This document shows, piece after piece, positions 63,375-64,000 of a DNA stretch of 64,000 nucleotides. Position 1 is the stretch's first letter; each line of letters opens with the position of its first letter. Below the pieces are notes generated by a model. It searched no databases. It saw nothing but the letters and a program-made list of their open reading frames with translations, and was not told the origin of the DNA. Location: positions 32,001 through 96,000 of IMG/VR virus record IMGVR_UViG_3300005253_000361. The stretch is one strand, 5' to 3'. The position numbers and the translations under genes are program-made. The DNA is from a virus.

Positions 63375-64000
63375 TCACACGAAGCAATAGCCCGAACACT
63401 CTTCCCCCTCGAGATCGAGGTTCTCCTCGGATAGATCGAGATCGCGAAGCGGCTGGCAGCTCCGGTGGATGTAGAGCTTCGACTCCACCCCACCACGCCG
63501 GCGCTTGTCGAAGTCACGAATCGCTTCGTCGAAGCTGCAGACGTCCTCCCAGTCCTCCGGCCAGTCGGTCTTCATGTAGCGCCAGAAGGCATTGTTGTGG
63601 TAGGGGCAGCCGATGCAGCTGGACTTCATGACGGGCGGGAAGTCGTTGTCGGCGAGCCAATCGATACAATCCTGGCGCGACATGCTGAGCTCGATCAGCG
63701 GATGGCGGTTGATCTGCCAAGGCAGTCGCGACTGCTTGATCCGAAAGACCTCATCGGTCGAAATGCCGAGCCAGGTCTCGACGAGGTGCTTAGTCTTCGC
63801 GTACTTTTTGTACCCGAGGAGCTCGCGGATCTTCCGACAGATCGGATCGATCTTGTACTCGCGGGTGCACTGCCGACGGAGTCGTCCCTCGCGCTTCTTG
63901 TCAGGGTGCTTGGTGAAGAACGGGATCGCAGCGAACCGGGTCGCGTGCAGGAAGTCGTCGCGGATGTTCCCGACCGAAACCGTATGGATCGTGAAGCCTC
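63375..64000 (-). CDS. PAPS-reductase-like (adenine nucleotide alpha-hydrolase) phage protein, 5' end outside window
   Basis: RQCTREYKIDP, WLGISTDE, HPLIE, KSSCIGCPY, C-terminal CSGYCFV. Confidence 0.7.
   Translation of the reverse strand, partial: GFTIHTVSVGNIRDDFLHATRFAAIPFFTKHPDKKREGRLRRQCTREYKIDPICRKIRELLGYKKYAKTKHLVETWLGISTDEVFRIKQSRLPWQINRHPLIELSMSRQDCIDWLADNDFPPVMKSSCIGCPYHNNAFWRYMKTDWPEDWEDVCSFDEAIRDFDKRRRGGVESKLYIHRSCQPLRDLDLSEENLDLEGEECSGYCFV

Noticed and set aside
1-64000. tRNA genes, integrase/att sites, alternative genetic code
   Set aside because: No cloverleaf or integrase motifs noticed by eye (tRNAscan not run); all three stop codons terminate coherent genes under the standard code

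Overview
This window is a 64-kb segment of a GC-rich tailed dsDNA phage (Caudoviricetes, probably long non-contractile tail; host not determinable). Almost all real genes are on the minus strand. Reading in transcription order from the right end: (1) PAPS-reductase-like, HNH and RlmN/Cfr-like radical SAM genes; (2) a T4-like recombination/replication set (SbcD/SbcC, UvsW-like helicase, DnaB-like helicase, primase, family A polymerase with an N-terminal UDG-like domain, UvsY-like, gp32-like SSB, RecA/UvsX); (3) a lytic transglycosylase, rmlB/rmlC and a resolvase; (4) terminase, intein-containing portal, protease, scaffold, capsid and neck genes with a large glycosyltransferase inserted; (5) tail tube, frameshifted chaperones, tape measure, tail tip and two paralogous fibres; (6) an accessory operon; (7) a holin/M15 endolysin cassette. 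A few small plus-strand ORFs converge from the left end. The most notable signal is a candidate phage-encoded RiPP-like virion modification system. A 466-aa tail-module protein carries 31 tandem ~11-aa units built from aromatic-x-Asp/Asn triplets. About 1 kb downstream lies a radical SAM/SPASM enzyme whose own C-terminus carries two copies of the same unit, and whose CxxxCxxC motif is interrupted by an atypical Asp-terminated intein. The enzyme's operon, which also encodes a Bcs1-like AAA+ ATPase, shares a six-copy promoter motif (GTGAGAGTT-N3-[-35]-N17/18-YAnnnT) with the terminase, portal, head, tail and lysis genes. All family assignments come from motif recognition by eye; no database search was run. 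I saw no tRNA, CRISPR array, integrase or reverse transcriptase.
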